Source: Alphaproteobacteria bacterium
GTDB lineage: Bacteria; Pseudomonadota; Alphaproteobacteria; JBFXJJ01
DNA: 64,000 nucleotides
Assembly: GCA_050175015.1 (NCBI GenBank)
Contig: JBFXJJ010000005.1
Coordinates: forward strand, 64,001-128,000
Reading direction: 5' to 3'
The notes below the pieces were generated by a model that was not told the origin of the DNA, searched no databases, and saw nothing but the letters and a program-made list of their open reading frames with translations. Below are positions 1-9,618 of this stretch, one piece after another. The translations under genes and the position numbers were made by a program. Each line of letters starts with the position of its first letter. Position 1 is the first letter of the stretch.

Positions 1-1774
1 GCCCTGTTCCTTGTGAAGCAGGAATATAAAAATATCTAGCCTTAACGTCTTTGCCGCTATTGTTTAAAATATATAATGTGCATCTTTCATTTCTATTGTT
101 TAGTCCGCAAGTCTTTTGTTTTGGTGCGATAGTTTTGTTCTTTATAATTTTACTTTCATCTAAAACGGTTTTGTTTGTCTCATCTTTTTTTAATTTTAGA
201 ATTATAGCTTTGTTTTCAGGTTGGTATTTAACCTTATCTAAGTCAACATTACATACTGTTTTAGCTTTTTGTTTTAAATATTCTTCAACTTTTTTTCTGA
301 CCGTTGGTCTGTAATAGGCAACATTATAAGATATTTTTTTAATTTCATCTAAGAGACCTTCATCGTATAAGTTATCATTTTCGTTTACATAATAAATCGG
401 AAAACCAAGATTCGGGAACTTATCACCTATTATTATCGATTTGATATAGTCAGAAAGATTCATTGATGAGCTGTCAAAATCACTTAAATATTGAAGATAA
501 CCACTCTTTAGACGGCAAACATTATCACAAGATCTTGAATAACGACTTGTTTTACCTTTAGGGTGCAATACTTTTAAGTTATCATCTTTATCAATCTTTA
601 AGATATATGTTTGACCTTTGAATGTTATAAAATCGGTGTTTTCTGCAAACTCTTTTACATAGCAGGAACATTCATATTCAAGGTTTTTACCACCAAATTT
701 TTCTTTAATACTGTTATATTGATCCCAGTCTTTAATAACAAGATTAGGCGTTTTTAAATACTTCTTTACTTCTTCAATATTGTTTTCGTAAATGGCTACA
801 AATGGTCTATCAATTCTAAGATCACAAATGCATGGCTTTACTTCGCCTTCTTTCATATCTGAAGTATCATAAAAGCAATCGCAATGATCGACATAAACAA
901 TTCCATCAGGGTTGGGGCAGCCGCTTTCAGAATTTTCATGTAAATATATCTTATGAATCAGTTCTTTTTTGCCATCATTATTATAATCAAGCTCCATAAT
1001 GTAATCAGGTTCTAGCTTCTTATTATCTAAAGTAACTTGGCTTTGAGCTATATTGGTATCTTTTTTTATTCTAGTTGTTTTATATTTTAAATCGATTTGG
1101 TTGTAAAACATATAACCATCGCTAGAGGCTATTGCTTTGCAAACTGGAGCATATTGACGTTTTGTAGGATAGATAATATCTGTATTTCGTTTAAAGAGTT
1201 CATTATTTATAACATAAGGATCGTAAATGGTGTTTTGAATATTATCCAGTTTAACATTTTTAGGAACCAAGTATTGAGAGCCAAACCAGTCATCTCTAAC
1301 TTCTTGAGAATAATCATTGCTTAACAGCCAAGAGGAACCATCTTCAACTAATCTTCTAAAGAAATCACTCCGCTTACAAGCTAATTTATGACCTTTTTTT
1401 ATATGACTTAGATCTAATCCGATAACACTTCTGCAAAAATCTTTTGATTTATAAAATATATGTTTTAGGCGGCTAAGAGGTTCAGCATCAGATACCTCTT
1501 CAATATAATGCATTGCAAAAAAAACACTTTTTATTTCTTCTATAAACTTTTCTTTTGAACTCACTTTATAAGCACAATCATTTACCGTATCATCAAAACT
1601 CTGCCCCGTTGTTTTAAGAAAAACTTCTTTGAATTCTGCAATGTTTGGAATTTTTTCCCACCTTGGATTGTATCCGAGCTTTTCAAAAACATCGTTATTT
1701 TCTTCTATCTTGCCATCACAACTAGAAGTAAATAAAAACAATAATGCAGATAGTATTTTGAGTGTTTTTTTCAT
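1..1774 (-). CDS. Large putative lipoprotein, partial (3' end runs off the window edge)
   Basis: ATG at 1774 reads MKKTLKILSALLFLFTSSC (signal peptide + lipobox); the same frame is still open at the window start (...GKDVKARYFYIPASQGTG). Absent from the ORF track, presumably because no stop lies in the window; the middle was not translated codon by codon. Confidence 0.7.
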   Translation of the reverse strand, partial: MKKTLKILSALLFLFTSSCDGKIEENNDVFEKLGYNPRWEKIPNIAEFKEVFLKTTGQSFDDTVNDCAYKVSSKEKFIEEIKSVFFAMHYIEEVSDAEPLSRLKHIFYKSKDFCRSVIGLDLSHIKKGHKLACKRSDFFRRLVEDGSSWLLSNDYSQEVRDDWFGSQYLVPKNVKLDNIQNTIYDPYVINNELFKRNTDIIYPTKRQYAPVCKAIASSDGYMFYNQIDLKYKTTRIKKDTNIAQSQVTLDNKKLEPDYIMELDYNNDGKKELIHKIYLHENSESGCPNPDGIVYVDHCDCFYDTSDMKEGEVKPCICDLRIDRPFVAIYENNIEEVKKYLKTPNLVIKDWDQYNSIKEKFGGKNLEYECSCYVKEFAENTDFITFKGQTYILKIDKDDNLKVLHPKGKTSRYSRSCDNVCRLKSGYLQYLSDFDSSSMNLSDYIKSIIIGDKFPNLGFPIYYVNENDNLYDEGLLDEIKKISYNVAYYRPTVRKKVEEYLKQKAKTVCNVDLDKVKYQPENKAIILKLKKDETNKTVLDESKIIKNKTIAPKQKTCGLNNRNERCTLYILNNSGKDVKARYFYIPASQGTG

Positions 1775-1916
1775 AAAATTTAAACTTTTATTTTAATACT
1801 CAAATATTAGATGAATTTACATAAGCAGAGCAATATAAAAAGTTGCATATTAATTAAATTTCATATTTATTTAACGTAATATTATTTTTTGCTTAACACT
1901 TGCGGCAAGCTAATAT

Positions 1917-2219
1917 TTATTTCAATTCATTCTGAATGTTTTTTAACAAAATTCTATGTTCATTAATGATTTCTGGGGGAGTAAGTTTTAGTGCCATATA
2001 TATAAGCAATGGGACTATCACGGCATCGTCAAGGTGTCCAATTATGGGAATAAAGTCTGGTATAAGATCAAATGGCAATAACAAATACCAAACACTCATT
2101 CCCAAAAATAGCTTCGCAAGGAAAGGGGTTCTTTTATCTCTCAAAACATTTTTATATAGCTGAAGCTCCAAGGTTAACCGTTGGCTTATCGACACTATTT
2201 TTTCTTTCAAAGACGCCAT
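1917..2219 (-). CDS. YkvA/DUF1232 family membrane protein
   Basis: YLLLPFDLIPDFIPIIGHLDD signature. Confidence 0.9.
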   Translation of the reverse strand: MASLKEKIVSISQRLTLELQLYKNVLRDKRTPFLAKLFLGMSVWYLLLPFDLIPDFIPIIGHLDDAVIVPLLIYMALKLTPPEIINEHRILLKNIQNELK

Positions 2220-2269
2220 AAGCAGCCCCTAAATGGTTTTTTATAAACGTCTTTTTTGATTCGAATACA

Positions 2270-3535
2270 TTATGCCGCTAACTTGTTACTACGTTTATTT
2301 TTACCTTTACGGCTATGCTGTTTAAAAGAAAAAACTTTATCGTTATTAAGTTTTCCTTTTGCTTTTTTCTTTCTATTACCAAAGTTTTTGCCAGTCTTTT
2401 TACTAAAAGATTTTTCTTTATAATTTTCTTTTTTATTTTGATCTTTGGCTTCTTCTGGATTCATAAGCTTGTATATAGCTTTCCATTTTGCACCATCGGC
2501 TGTAGTGATTAAGTTAACAGCTTCGCCTTCGGCTCCAGCGCGAGCTGTTCTTCCGATACGGTGGATATAGTCTTCAGGACATTGAGGCAAATCATAATTT
2601 ATGACATGCTCAATATGAGGAATATCAATGCCTCTTGATGCTAAATCAGTTGCAACTAAAATACGACTTTTTTTATCACGAAATCTTTTCATAATAATAT
2701 CACGTTTATTTTGTCTTAAATCACCGTGAATAGCACAAGCCTTTAAATCATCATCAATAAGCTTTTTAGCAATTCTATCAGCATTACGTTTAGTTTTTAC
2801 GAAAACAAGAATGGATCCTTCGCGTTTTCTTATTTGAGTTAAAAGGTTAGAAAATTTATCGCCTTCTTGAATATGAAGCAATTCCTGTTTAATTTTTATC
2901 GACGGTTTGTTGCTCTGATTTATAGTTATTTTTTCTGGATTCACTAGATATTTTTTAGATAAACTTATGATTTCTTTAGGAAGAGTTGCCGAAAACATAA
3001 GAGTTTGACGATCACTCGCCATATGGCCAATAATTCTTTCTGTCTGTTCGCCAAACCCCATATCAAGCATACGATCAGTTTCATCAATTACCAAAAAATC
3101 AGCGGAGTTAAGCTTTAATGAACCTCTTTTAATATGGTCATTGATTCTGCCTGGAGTGCCAACAATTATTCTAGGATTTTTTTTAAGTTGTGCTAATTGT
3201 TTAGGCATAGCGTCACCGCCAATAATACAAGTTGCATTTATTTCTCTATGCATAAGAAGCAAAGGTTTTATGGTTGAATGCACTTGTATTGCCAGTTCTC
3301 TTGTTGGAGTTAAAACAACTCCAATACTTTGAGGCGATTTAATAAGGTGAGCGATAAGCGGCAGCATAAAAGCGGCAGTTTTTCCAGTTCCTGTTTCTGC
3401 GGAACCTAAAATATCAACTCCGTTGAGAGCAAAAGGGATAGCCCTTTCTTGAATTGGAGTAGGTTCGTTAAATCCGATTTTATTTACAGCTTGTAATAGC
3501 GTTTCAGGTAAGCCCAATGAGGCGAAGTTAGTCAT
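2270..3535 (-). CDS. DEAD/DEAH-box RNA helicase (motif II reads DETD)
   Basis: Q motif, AETGTGKT, PTRELA, TPGR, DETD, SAT, HRIGRTAR; Lys-rich tail. Confidence 0.95.
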   Translation of the reverse strand: MTNFASLGLPETLLQAVNKIGFNEPTPIQERAIPFALNGVDILGSAETGTGKTAAFMLPLIAHLIKSPQSIGVVLTPTRELAIQVHSTIKPLLLMHREINATCIIGGDAMPKQLAQLKKNPRIIVGTPGRINDHIKRGSLKLNSADFLVIDETDRMLDMGFGEQTERIIGHMASDRQTLMFSATLPKEIISLSKKYLVNPEKITINQSNKPSIKIKQELLHIQEGDKFSNLLTQIRKREGSILVFVKTKRNADRIAKKLIDDDLKACAIHGDLRQNKRDIIMKRFRDKKSRILVATDLASRGIDIPHIEHVINYDLPQCPEDYIHRIGRTARAGAEGEAVNLITTADGAKWKAIYKLMNPEEAKDQNKKENYKEKSFSKKTGKNFGNRKKKAKGKLNNDKVFSFKQHSRKGKNKRSNKLAA

Positions 3536-3788
3536 ATTTTAAAAAATCCTTCATAAAAATTTGCTGCAAAATCAATATGACTTTGCATTTTTAGAGAGCG
3601 TGTAAAGTTCCAAATTTACAAAAAAAATGCAAAATGGTATCAACTCTCTGACAAACTCTATTTTTAAGGATGCTTCTAATTAAAAAAACAATATGGTAAG
3701 TATGGAGTTAAATATAAACGCAAACTGCACCATACAGTAATTTTTAGCATAAGCAAAACAATTCTTCTCGTTTTGTAATTATTCTTAC

Positions 3789-3793
3789 AAAAG
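3789..3793 (+). repeat. Left copy of 5-bp target-site duplication AAAAG
   Basis: AAAAG directly precedes the terminal TG at 3794; identical AAAAG at 39669-39673 follows the terminal CA. Confidence 0.85.
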
Positions 3794-3994
3794 TGTAACA
3801 CGACAAGTAGTTCTTCATGTACAAAGTTAGGCGGGATATAACGGGATTATACGGGACATAGTGGGATAAGAGGCTTTTGTTTCTGGGCTTTTTTTGGCTT
3901 TTAATTTTTGAGCGATTTAGGCTTTTAATGCAAAACTACTTGGCACAGGAAAAAGGGGTTAAAAGTTAATTTTACGACAAGTAGTTCTTCATGT
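3794..3994. repeat. Left-end putative transposase-binding sites (CAAGTAGTT core) at 3800-3820, 3928-3944 (inverted) and 3974-3994
   Basis: ACGACAAGTAGTTCTTCATGT is an exact 21-bp direct repeat; ATGCAAAACTACTTGGC is identical to the right-end site at 39622. Confidence 0.8.
3831..3870 (+). repeat. Four 10-bp tandem units with a GGGA core
   Basis: gcgggatata acgggattat acgggacata gtgggataag. Confidence 0.75.
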
Positions 3995-4209
3995 GAAAAA
4001 AAATAAAAGTTTAGGCTTTCTGCGACGTAAAATAAAAACAACCGTGCAACTTCGGGCAAAAAGTCGGTTAGAAGTTTGGCAAAAGTGTTACGGTTTTATT
4101 TTTTTAGCGCAAAAAATGTGTGTCCATTATAAATAAAAGGTTTTAGCGATTTCTTGATTTTTAAAAGTGTTACGGTTTTTAAACGGAGGTTTGGCAAAAT
4201 TTTTGCTAA

Positions 4210-5079
4210 TTATGAGATTAATTCCAATAGATCATTTAATAATTTTTCATCTATTTTTTCGTCTTTGATTCCTTTTGAATATAAGATTGTTGAAATCTTT
4301 GCTAATTTAGCAGCGTCTAATAGATTGTTTGCATTTCTTACTGCCTCAATACATATAGCTAGCTTTTTATCATCTATATCGTCATTCTTATTTTTTTCTT
4401 CAATTATTTCGTTTGTTACTTTTTGGGGTGGTGTTTTTTTATTATAAATACAAACTACGGGAGCCAGCATTTCTATGTATGACAATGCTCGTTCATCATA
4501 AAATGGCTCTTGTTTACCGTTTTCTTTGGGAAGCCAACCCTTTAAATAAACTTTATCTTTTTCTATCTTCTGAAGAAGTTTTATAGCTGCAACACAACTA
4601 TCTTTGCTTTTTTCTCTGTGTTTTGATTTTATATAGACAGGCTCTCCAACGACAGGTTTGTCTGATGGAGAGATTATACATGTCGTTCCGTCAGGTATTC
4701 CTTCAGGTTCCATTGAATCTCCTTTTGCAATAACGGCAAAGGAATCTTCCTTTAATTTTGTATGCGTAATTATTTTATAATCAAGATTTTTTTGATTGTG
4801 CCAACCTGTTGCAACTCCGCAGCTTGCAAACTCTATAACAGGCACAGTGCTTGTGTCACAAACATTTTGGGCATCTCCTGTTATTAACCATTTTACGTCG
4901 ACATCGCAAGCGTTGGCAATAATTATTGCCTTTTCAACCGATGGGCTGCTGCCATTTAAATATTGTTGTATTGACGTATGGTTTATGTCGCAACGCCTTG
5001 CAAAGCTTCTTATTTTGCCGCCATCTAGTTGTTCTATTAATTTGCTAAGTCTTTCAGAAAAAGTCATGCTTATCCTCAT
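4210..5079 (-). CDS. Prophage repressor (XRE HTH + S24 autopeptidase, cI-like)
   Basis: N-terminal HTH, ASCG putative cleavage site, GDSMEP catalytic Ser, IK Lys motif; divergent from ner at the left end. Confidence 0.85.
   Translation of the reverse strand: MRISMTFSERLSKLIEQLDGGKIRSFARRCDINHTSIQQYLNGSSPSVEKAIIIANACDVDVKWLITGDAQNVCDTSTVPVIEFASCGVATGWHNQKNLDYKIITHTKLKEDSFAVIAKGDSMEPEGIPDGTTCIISPSDKPVVGEPVYIKSKHREKSKDSCVAAIKLLQKIEKDKVYLKGWLPKENGKQEPFYDERALSYIEMLAPVVCIYNKKTPPQKVTNEIIEEKNKNDDIDDKKLAICIEAVRNANNLLDAAKLAKISTILYSKGIKDEKIDEKLLNDLLELIS
4915..4930. promoter_or_regulatory. Putative operator inside the repressor CDS
   Basis: Perfect 16-bp palindrome GGCAATAATTATTGCC, matching the intergenic copies. 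Confidence 0.6.
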
Positions 5080-5094
5080 GGCTCAAATATAAAT

Positions 5095-5134
5095 GTAAAT
5101 AATTATTGACAATGGCAATAATTATTGCTAGTTT
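5095..5134 (+). promoter_or_regulatory. Early promoter with two overlapping operators
   Basis: TTGACA 5106-5111, 17-bp spacer, TGn-TAGTTT 5129-5134; palindromes GTAAATAATTATTGAC (5095-5110) and GGCAATAATTATTGC (5114-5128). Confidence 0.75.
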
Positions 5135-5191
5135 ATTATTAACGCAACGTTAAGATTAACAGAAAAAAAGTTTTAAAGCAAAGGTGCTTTT

Positions 5192-5416
5192 ATGGAAGAA
5201 CCAATTTGGACACCCAAAAAAATTAAAATCGAACTGCTTAAGAGAGATACTAATCTTACTCAGCTTGCGGTCGATAATGATTTGTCTGTTTCAGCTTTAA
5301 GAGTTGCCTTGGTTAAGGCTTACCCTAAAGCTGAGAAGGTTTTAGCTGACTTTTTAGGAGTTGGTGTGGAAGAACTATTCCCGAATCGTTATCAGAAACA
5401 TGATGAGGTGGCATAA
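5192..5416 (+). CDS. ner: Ner/Nlp-like transcriptional regulator
   Basis: W..IK..L...L..LA...YPKAE..LA..LG.....LFPNRY pattern; position before transposase. Confidence 0.85.
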   Translation: MEEPIWTPKKIKIELLKRDTNLTQLAVDNDLSVSALRVALVKAYPKAEKVLADFLGVGVEELFPNRYQKHDEVA

Positions 5417-7617
5417 TGTTTAAGGAGTGGTTCACAGCTTTAGAGTTAGCCGAATTAAAACTCAAGAAACTACCTAAACATAAAACTTGGGTTATTGATA
5501 AAGCTAACCGTGAAAACTGGGCTTTTCGTGAGCGTCAAGCACAAGGTGGAGGTCGTGAATACCATATTTCATCGTTACCAGAGGTGGCTAGATTAGATTT
5601 AGCGATTAAAATGGCAGATCCTAATTTTATGGCTGGTTCTGCTGAAGCCTCGAGAATAGCCATTAGAGAAGAAAGTCAGAAGCTTTTAAAGCAAAAGAAA
5701 ATGGCTAAATTTTTAGCTTTACCAAAAGAAAGGCAATATGTTGCTGAGGTTAAGGCCATAATTGTTGACGGCTTTTGTGATTATGAGAAAATTGTTTCTG
5801 TGGGGCTTGTAAAAGCTAGATTGTTGTTTACAACAGCTTTTAATCAGTATGATTTATTAACTGATAGTTTTGTAAGAGATAGAATTAAACACATAACTGA
5901 ACGTTCTTTATTTACTTGGTGTCAGATATATGAAGAAGCTGGACTTGTTGGATTAGCTGGAAATTATGGTAAGACTAAAGGTAAGAAATTAATTGAAAAC
6001 ACAACGGATTTTGAAAATTTTATTGCTGCGTTTTTATATGAATTTCCTCATGCAAAAACTATTGCCATATATCAAGGAATTGAAGCTAGATTTACTGGTA
6101 AAGTGAATGATTTACCTAGTTTAAGAAGCGTTCAACGCTGGGTTAAAGAGTATAAACAAAAGAATGAACAACTGTTATTAGCTGTTAAAAATCCTGATGC
6201 TTGGCGTTCCAAGTTCCAAATTGCAGCAGGTTCTCAATCTGAAGGAATTATTAGACTTAATCAACGTTGGGAATATGACAGCACGCCGACAGATATCATG
6301 CTTAATGATGGTAAACGTCATAATATTGTTGGTGTTATTGATGTCTATTCAAGGCGATTAAAACTCTTGGTTTCTAAAAGCTCCAGTGCTGAAGCTGTGG
6401 CAACGATTACAAGAAATTGCCTATTAAAATGGGGCGTTCCTGAAACTGTTAAAACTGATAATGGTGCGGATTATGTATCAAAAAGAATTAAAAGGATTTT
6501 TGATGGCTTAAGCATTAGGCAAGATTTATGCAAGCCTTTTACGCCAGAAGGTAAACCTCATATTGAACGAGCTTTCAGAACGTTTTCCCACGACATATTA
6601 GAGTTATTACCTGGTTATGTTGGTCATAATGTTACGGAACGTAAGGATATTGAAGCAAGGCGTTCTTTTGCCAAACGAATTTTAGGTGAAGATAAAGATC
6701 CTATTGAATTAAATTGCTCACCTGAAGAATTGCAAGGATTTTGCGACAACTGGATTGAGACTATTTATCACCATAACGAACATGGCGGTTTAAATGGAAA
6801 AACTCCATTTGAAATGATTGTTTCTTACAAAGGTAAGATTCAAAAAATATCAGACGAACGAGCATTAGACATATTACTTGCTGAAGCTCCAAGCAATGAC
6901 GGCTTAAGAACAATAACTAAAAAAGGTATCAGACTTGATGGTGTTACCTTTATTCACGAAAAATTGGCAGGCTTTGAAGGTAGGCAAGTTAAGGTTCGTT
7001 ATGATGAGAGTGAATATGGAGAGGTTTATGTTTTTGATGCTGAAAATGGGAGTTTTATTTGTAAAGCGTTTAATCCTGAGCATCTCGGCGTTAGTCGTAA
7101 AGAAGTTGCGATTGCTCAAAAACGTCGTCAGAAGAAGATCATATCTGAAGGAAAGAAAGCTCTTAAACAAATAGCTAAAGACCAAAAAACAAGAGATATC
7201 AAATTAGAAATTTTAGAGTATCGCAAAGAGCAAGTTGAAAATTTAGTTGTGTTTCCTCAAGGAAACAAACAGCAATCGCAAGATTATGTGACCGAAACCT
7301 TAAACGAGGCATCAAGAGCCTTAAAAATAGCTCCTAAAGCAAGAGAATTAACAGCTGATGAAAAGCAAGCTCTCGTTGCTGTTGAGCAAGACTTAAAACC
7401 AACAAATATCGTTAAAATGCCAGAAACCAAAGAGCAAAAATATGCACGCTGGTTGGAAATAGATAAGAGATTGACTTCTGGTGAGGATGCTTCTTCAGAA
7501 GAAATAAAGTGGTGGAGAAACTACCAATTAGGAAGCGAGTTTGCGACGCAGAAAGCGTTAGTGGATCTTGGAAACAAAGAAAAAGAGGCTAGTAACACGA
7601 CAATGTTATTTTTCTAG
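5416..7617 (+). CDS. Mu-like DDE transposase A
   Basis: Mu HTH N-terminus (GGGREYHISSLP), WEYDST, KTDNGADY, KPHIERAFRT; Mu transposase C-terminal domain. Confidence 0.95.
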   Translation: MFKEWFTALELAELKLKKLPKHKTWVIDKANRENWAFRERQAQGGGREYHISSLPEVARLDLAIKMADPNFMAGSAEASRIAIREESQKLLKQKKMAKFLALPKERQYVAEVKAIIVDGFCDYEKIVSVGLVKARLLFTTAFNQYDLLTDSFVRDRIKHITERSLFTWCQIYEEAGLVGLAGNYGKTKGKKLIENTTDFENFIAAFLYEFPHAKTIAIYQGIEARFTGKVNDLPSLRSVQRWVKEYKQKNEQLLLAVKNPDAWRSKFQIAAGSQSEGIIRLNQRWEYDSTPTDIMLNDGKRHNIVGVIDVYSRRLKLLVSKSSSAEAVATITRNCLLKWGVPETVKTDNGADYVSKRIKRIFDGLSIRQDLCKPFTPEGKPHIERAFRTFSHDILELLPGYVGHNVTERKDIEARRSFAKRILGEDKDPIELNCSPEELQGFCDNWIETIYHHNEHGGLNGKTPFEMIVSYKGKIQKISDERALDILLAEAPSNDGLRTITKKGIRLDGVTFIHEKLAGFEGRQVKVRYDESEYGEVYVFDAENGSFICKAFNPEHLGVSRKEVAIAQKRRQKKIISEGKKALKQIAKDQKTRDIKLEILEYRKEQVENLVVFPQGNKQQSQDYVTETLNEASRALKIAPKARELTADEKQALVAVEQDLKPTNIVKMPETKEQKYARWLEIDKRLTSGEDASSEEIKWWRNYQLGSEFATQKALVDLGNKEKEASNTTMLFF

Positions 7618-7639
7618 CCCCTCTTAAGAAAGGATTATT

Positions 7640-8377
7640 ATGACAGAAAACAACTTAAATGTAAATGGCGGAGTTATAAATCTGCAGAATGTGGGCATTA
7701 TTGTTTCAGCATTTACCAGATTAAAAAACAAAGCCTCATATTTGCCTGGGCTTGTGGTTGTTCACGGGCCGTCAGGATATGGTAAGACGGTAGCGGCTAC
7801 TTATGCGGCAAATAAATTTGGGGCTTATTACATTTCATGCAAGTCAACCTGGACTAAAAAAGCAATGCTTTTAGCCATTTCGAAAGAGATGGGAATTGCT
7901 CCAGCCAAAACAATGTATGAAATGATCGACCAAGTAGCTGAACAGCTAATTTTATCAGGCAGAATGTTAATAGTTGATGAGTTTGACTATGCAGTCGATA
8001 AAAATATGGTCGATTGTATACGCGACATTTATCAGGCATCCGAAGCTTCGATTATTTTAATTGGAGAAGAAAAACTTCCTAAAAAGCTAGAAAAATTCGA
8101 GAGGTTTCATAACCGAATTTTATCTTGGATTGCAGCTCAACCTGCAAGCTTTGAAGATGCTAAAAAACTAAGGGAATATTATTGCGACAAAGTTGAGATT
8201 GATGATGAGCTACTGAATAAAGTTCTGGAAGTTTGTGACGGTAGAATAAGACGTATTTGCGTTAATTTGAGCCATATCCAAGATATAGCCTTAAATAATG
8301 GTGCTTCCGAAGTAACACTCGACTGGTGGGGGAGTAAGCCTTTGTTTACGGGTTCAGCCCCTGTTAGGAGGCTATAG
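7640..8377 (+). CDS. Transposition protein B, AAA+ ATPase
   Basis: Walker A GPSGYGKT, Walker B LIVDEFD; follows transposase. Confidence 0.9.
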   Translation: MTENNLNVNGGVINLQNVGIIVSAFTRLKNKASYLPGLVVVHGPSGYGKTVAATYAANKFGAYYISCKSTWTKKAMLLAISKEMGIAPAKTMYEMIDQVAEQLILSGRMLIVDEFDYAVDKNMVDCIRDIYQASEASIILIGEEKLPKKLEKFERFHNRILSWIAAQPASFEDAKKLREYYCDKVEIDDELLNKVLEVCDGRIRRICVNLSHIQDIALNNGASEVTLDWWGSKPLFTGSAPVRRL

Positions 8378-8379
8378 TT

Positions 8380-8982
8380 ATGGCAAAATTGAAAACAGGC
8401 CGAAAGCCAGTGCATCTAATTAAAGCGTCAAAAGAACTTAGCGGAAGAGATGCTGTCTGGAAGGCTATTAGAGAGCTAAAAACGTTTACCAAAGAAGATT
8501 TAAGTAAGAAAGCTAAAGTTAATGTAGAAACAATCAGAACTTTTTTAACTGGTCTTGTAAAAGGCGGTTATATATCAAAAGAAGACCATAGAAAACAGAA
8601 CAATAATGAGCCTATTAAATACAATCTAGTCAAAGATATTGGTGTTGATGCTCCTAAAGTTCGCAAAGATGGCTCAAAAGTTAAGCCTGTAGCCACAGAG
8701 AATATGTGGCGGACAATGAGGATCTTAAAAAGATTCTCAGTTAAAGATCTAATTTTGAATGCGACAACAGATGAAATTCAAATCAAACCAACTTCAGCAG
8801 ATAGTTACTGCAAATATTTATGCAGGGCTGGCTATTTAGCAAAAAATGCAGATAGAACATATACATTTTTACAAAGTAAGTATACGGGGCCTCTAGCCCC
8901 AATGATCCAGAGGATTAAACAACTTTACGATCCTAATATTGGTAAAATTGTTTATAAATCAGGAGGAAAAGCCGATGATTAA
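8380..8982 (+). CDS. Mu-like phage winged-helix DNA-binding protein
   Basis: Two wHTH-like repeats, YTGPLAP..R....YDPN C-terminal motif; position after B. Confidence 0.7.
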   Translation: MAKLKTGRKPVHLIKASKELSGRDAVWKAIRELKTFTKEDLSKKAKVNVETIRTFLTGLVKGGYISKEDHRKQNNNEPIKYNLVKDIGVDAPKVRKDGSKVKPVATENMWRTMRILKRFSVKDLILNATTDEIQIKPTSADSYCKYLCRAGYLAKNADRTYTFLQSKYTGPLAPMIQRIKQLYDPNIGKIVYKSGGKADD

Positions 8983-9349
8983 TAAGGTATTAGCTTCTGA
9001 TACAATTACAAAATATTGGGGTGAAAATATACCGCAATGGGTAAAGACGCTAGCGGCTGAGTGCGACAATACATCACAAGCCAGGACAGCTAAAAAAATT
9101 GGCTACTCAGCTGCCGCAATTAATTGTGTTTTGCAAAACAAATACACAGGAACCGTTGGAAATGTTGAAGAAGCGGTAAAAGCTTATTTAATGAGCGAAG
9201 AAGTCTCATGCCCTGTTTTAGGAAACATCAAACAATCTTTGTGTTTAGAAAATCAAAAACAACCGCTCATTACATCAAATCCTACAAAAATTAGACTTTT
9301 CAAAGCCTGTAGGGCTGGGTGTCCTCATTTTAAGGGAGAAAAGAAATGA
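8975..9349 (+). CDS. XRE-type HTH protein with C-terminal Cys motifs
   Basis: SQARTAKKIGYSAAAIN HTH; CPVLG...C...ACRAGCPH; start moved to ATG 8975 after AGGAGG. Confidence 0.75.
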   Translation: MINKVLASDTITKYWGENIPQWVKTLAAECDNTSQARTAKKIGYSAAAINCVLQNKYTGTVGNVEEAVKAYLMSEEVSCPVLGNIKQSLCLENQKQPLITSNPTKIRLFKACRAGCPHFKGEKK

Positions 9350-9618
9350 CAGGAATTGCAACGGAAATTAGGAAAATTGCGAGCAGATTGGCTCAAGGTG
9401 TGGCGGAAAGAAACATAACAGAAAGCCAGCTGAGAAAGGCCTCTGAAGACTTAAATCAGTTAAGTCTAGATGTCGATAGTTTGGAAGATGTTGTCATTTT
9501 AAAACGTGATTATGACGTTCCTGACAACGTTATAAAGATTGCCTTTGCTCTTAATAAAAAAGGCGTAACGGCGGGTATGCCAGACGGTAATAAACCTGAC
9601 GGTGGAGATGCTGCATGA
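9346..9618 (+). CDS. Phage hypothetical protein
   Basis: ATGA-coupled ORF with GGAG RBS. Confidence 0.7.
   Translation: MTGIATEIRKIASRLAQGVAERNITESQLRKASEDLNQLSLDVDSLEDVVILKRDYDVPDNVIKIAFALNKKGVTAGMPDGNKPDGGDAA

Noticed and set aside
51-1324. Plus-strand ORFs 51..314 and 1097..1324
   Set aside because: Antisense shadows of the long minus-strand lipoprotein ORF starting at 1774.
3831-3994. Left-end repeats as a CRISPR array
   Set aside because: Too few and too short, irregular spacing, no cas genes; explained as phage end sites.
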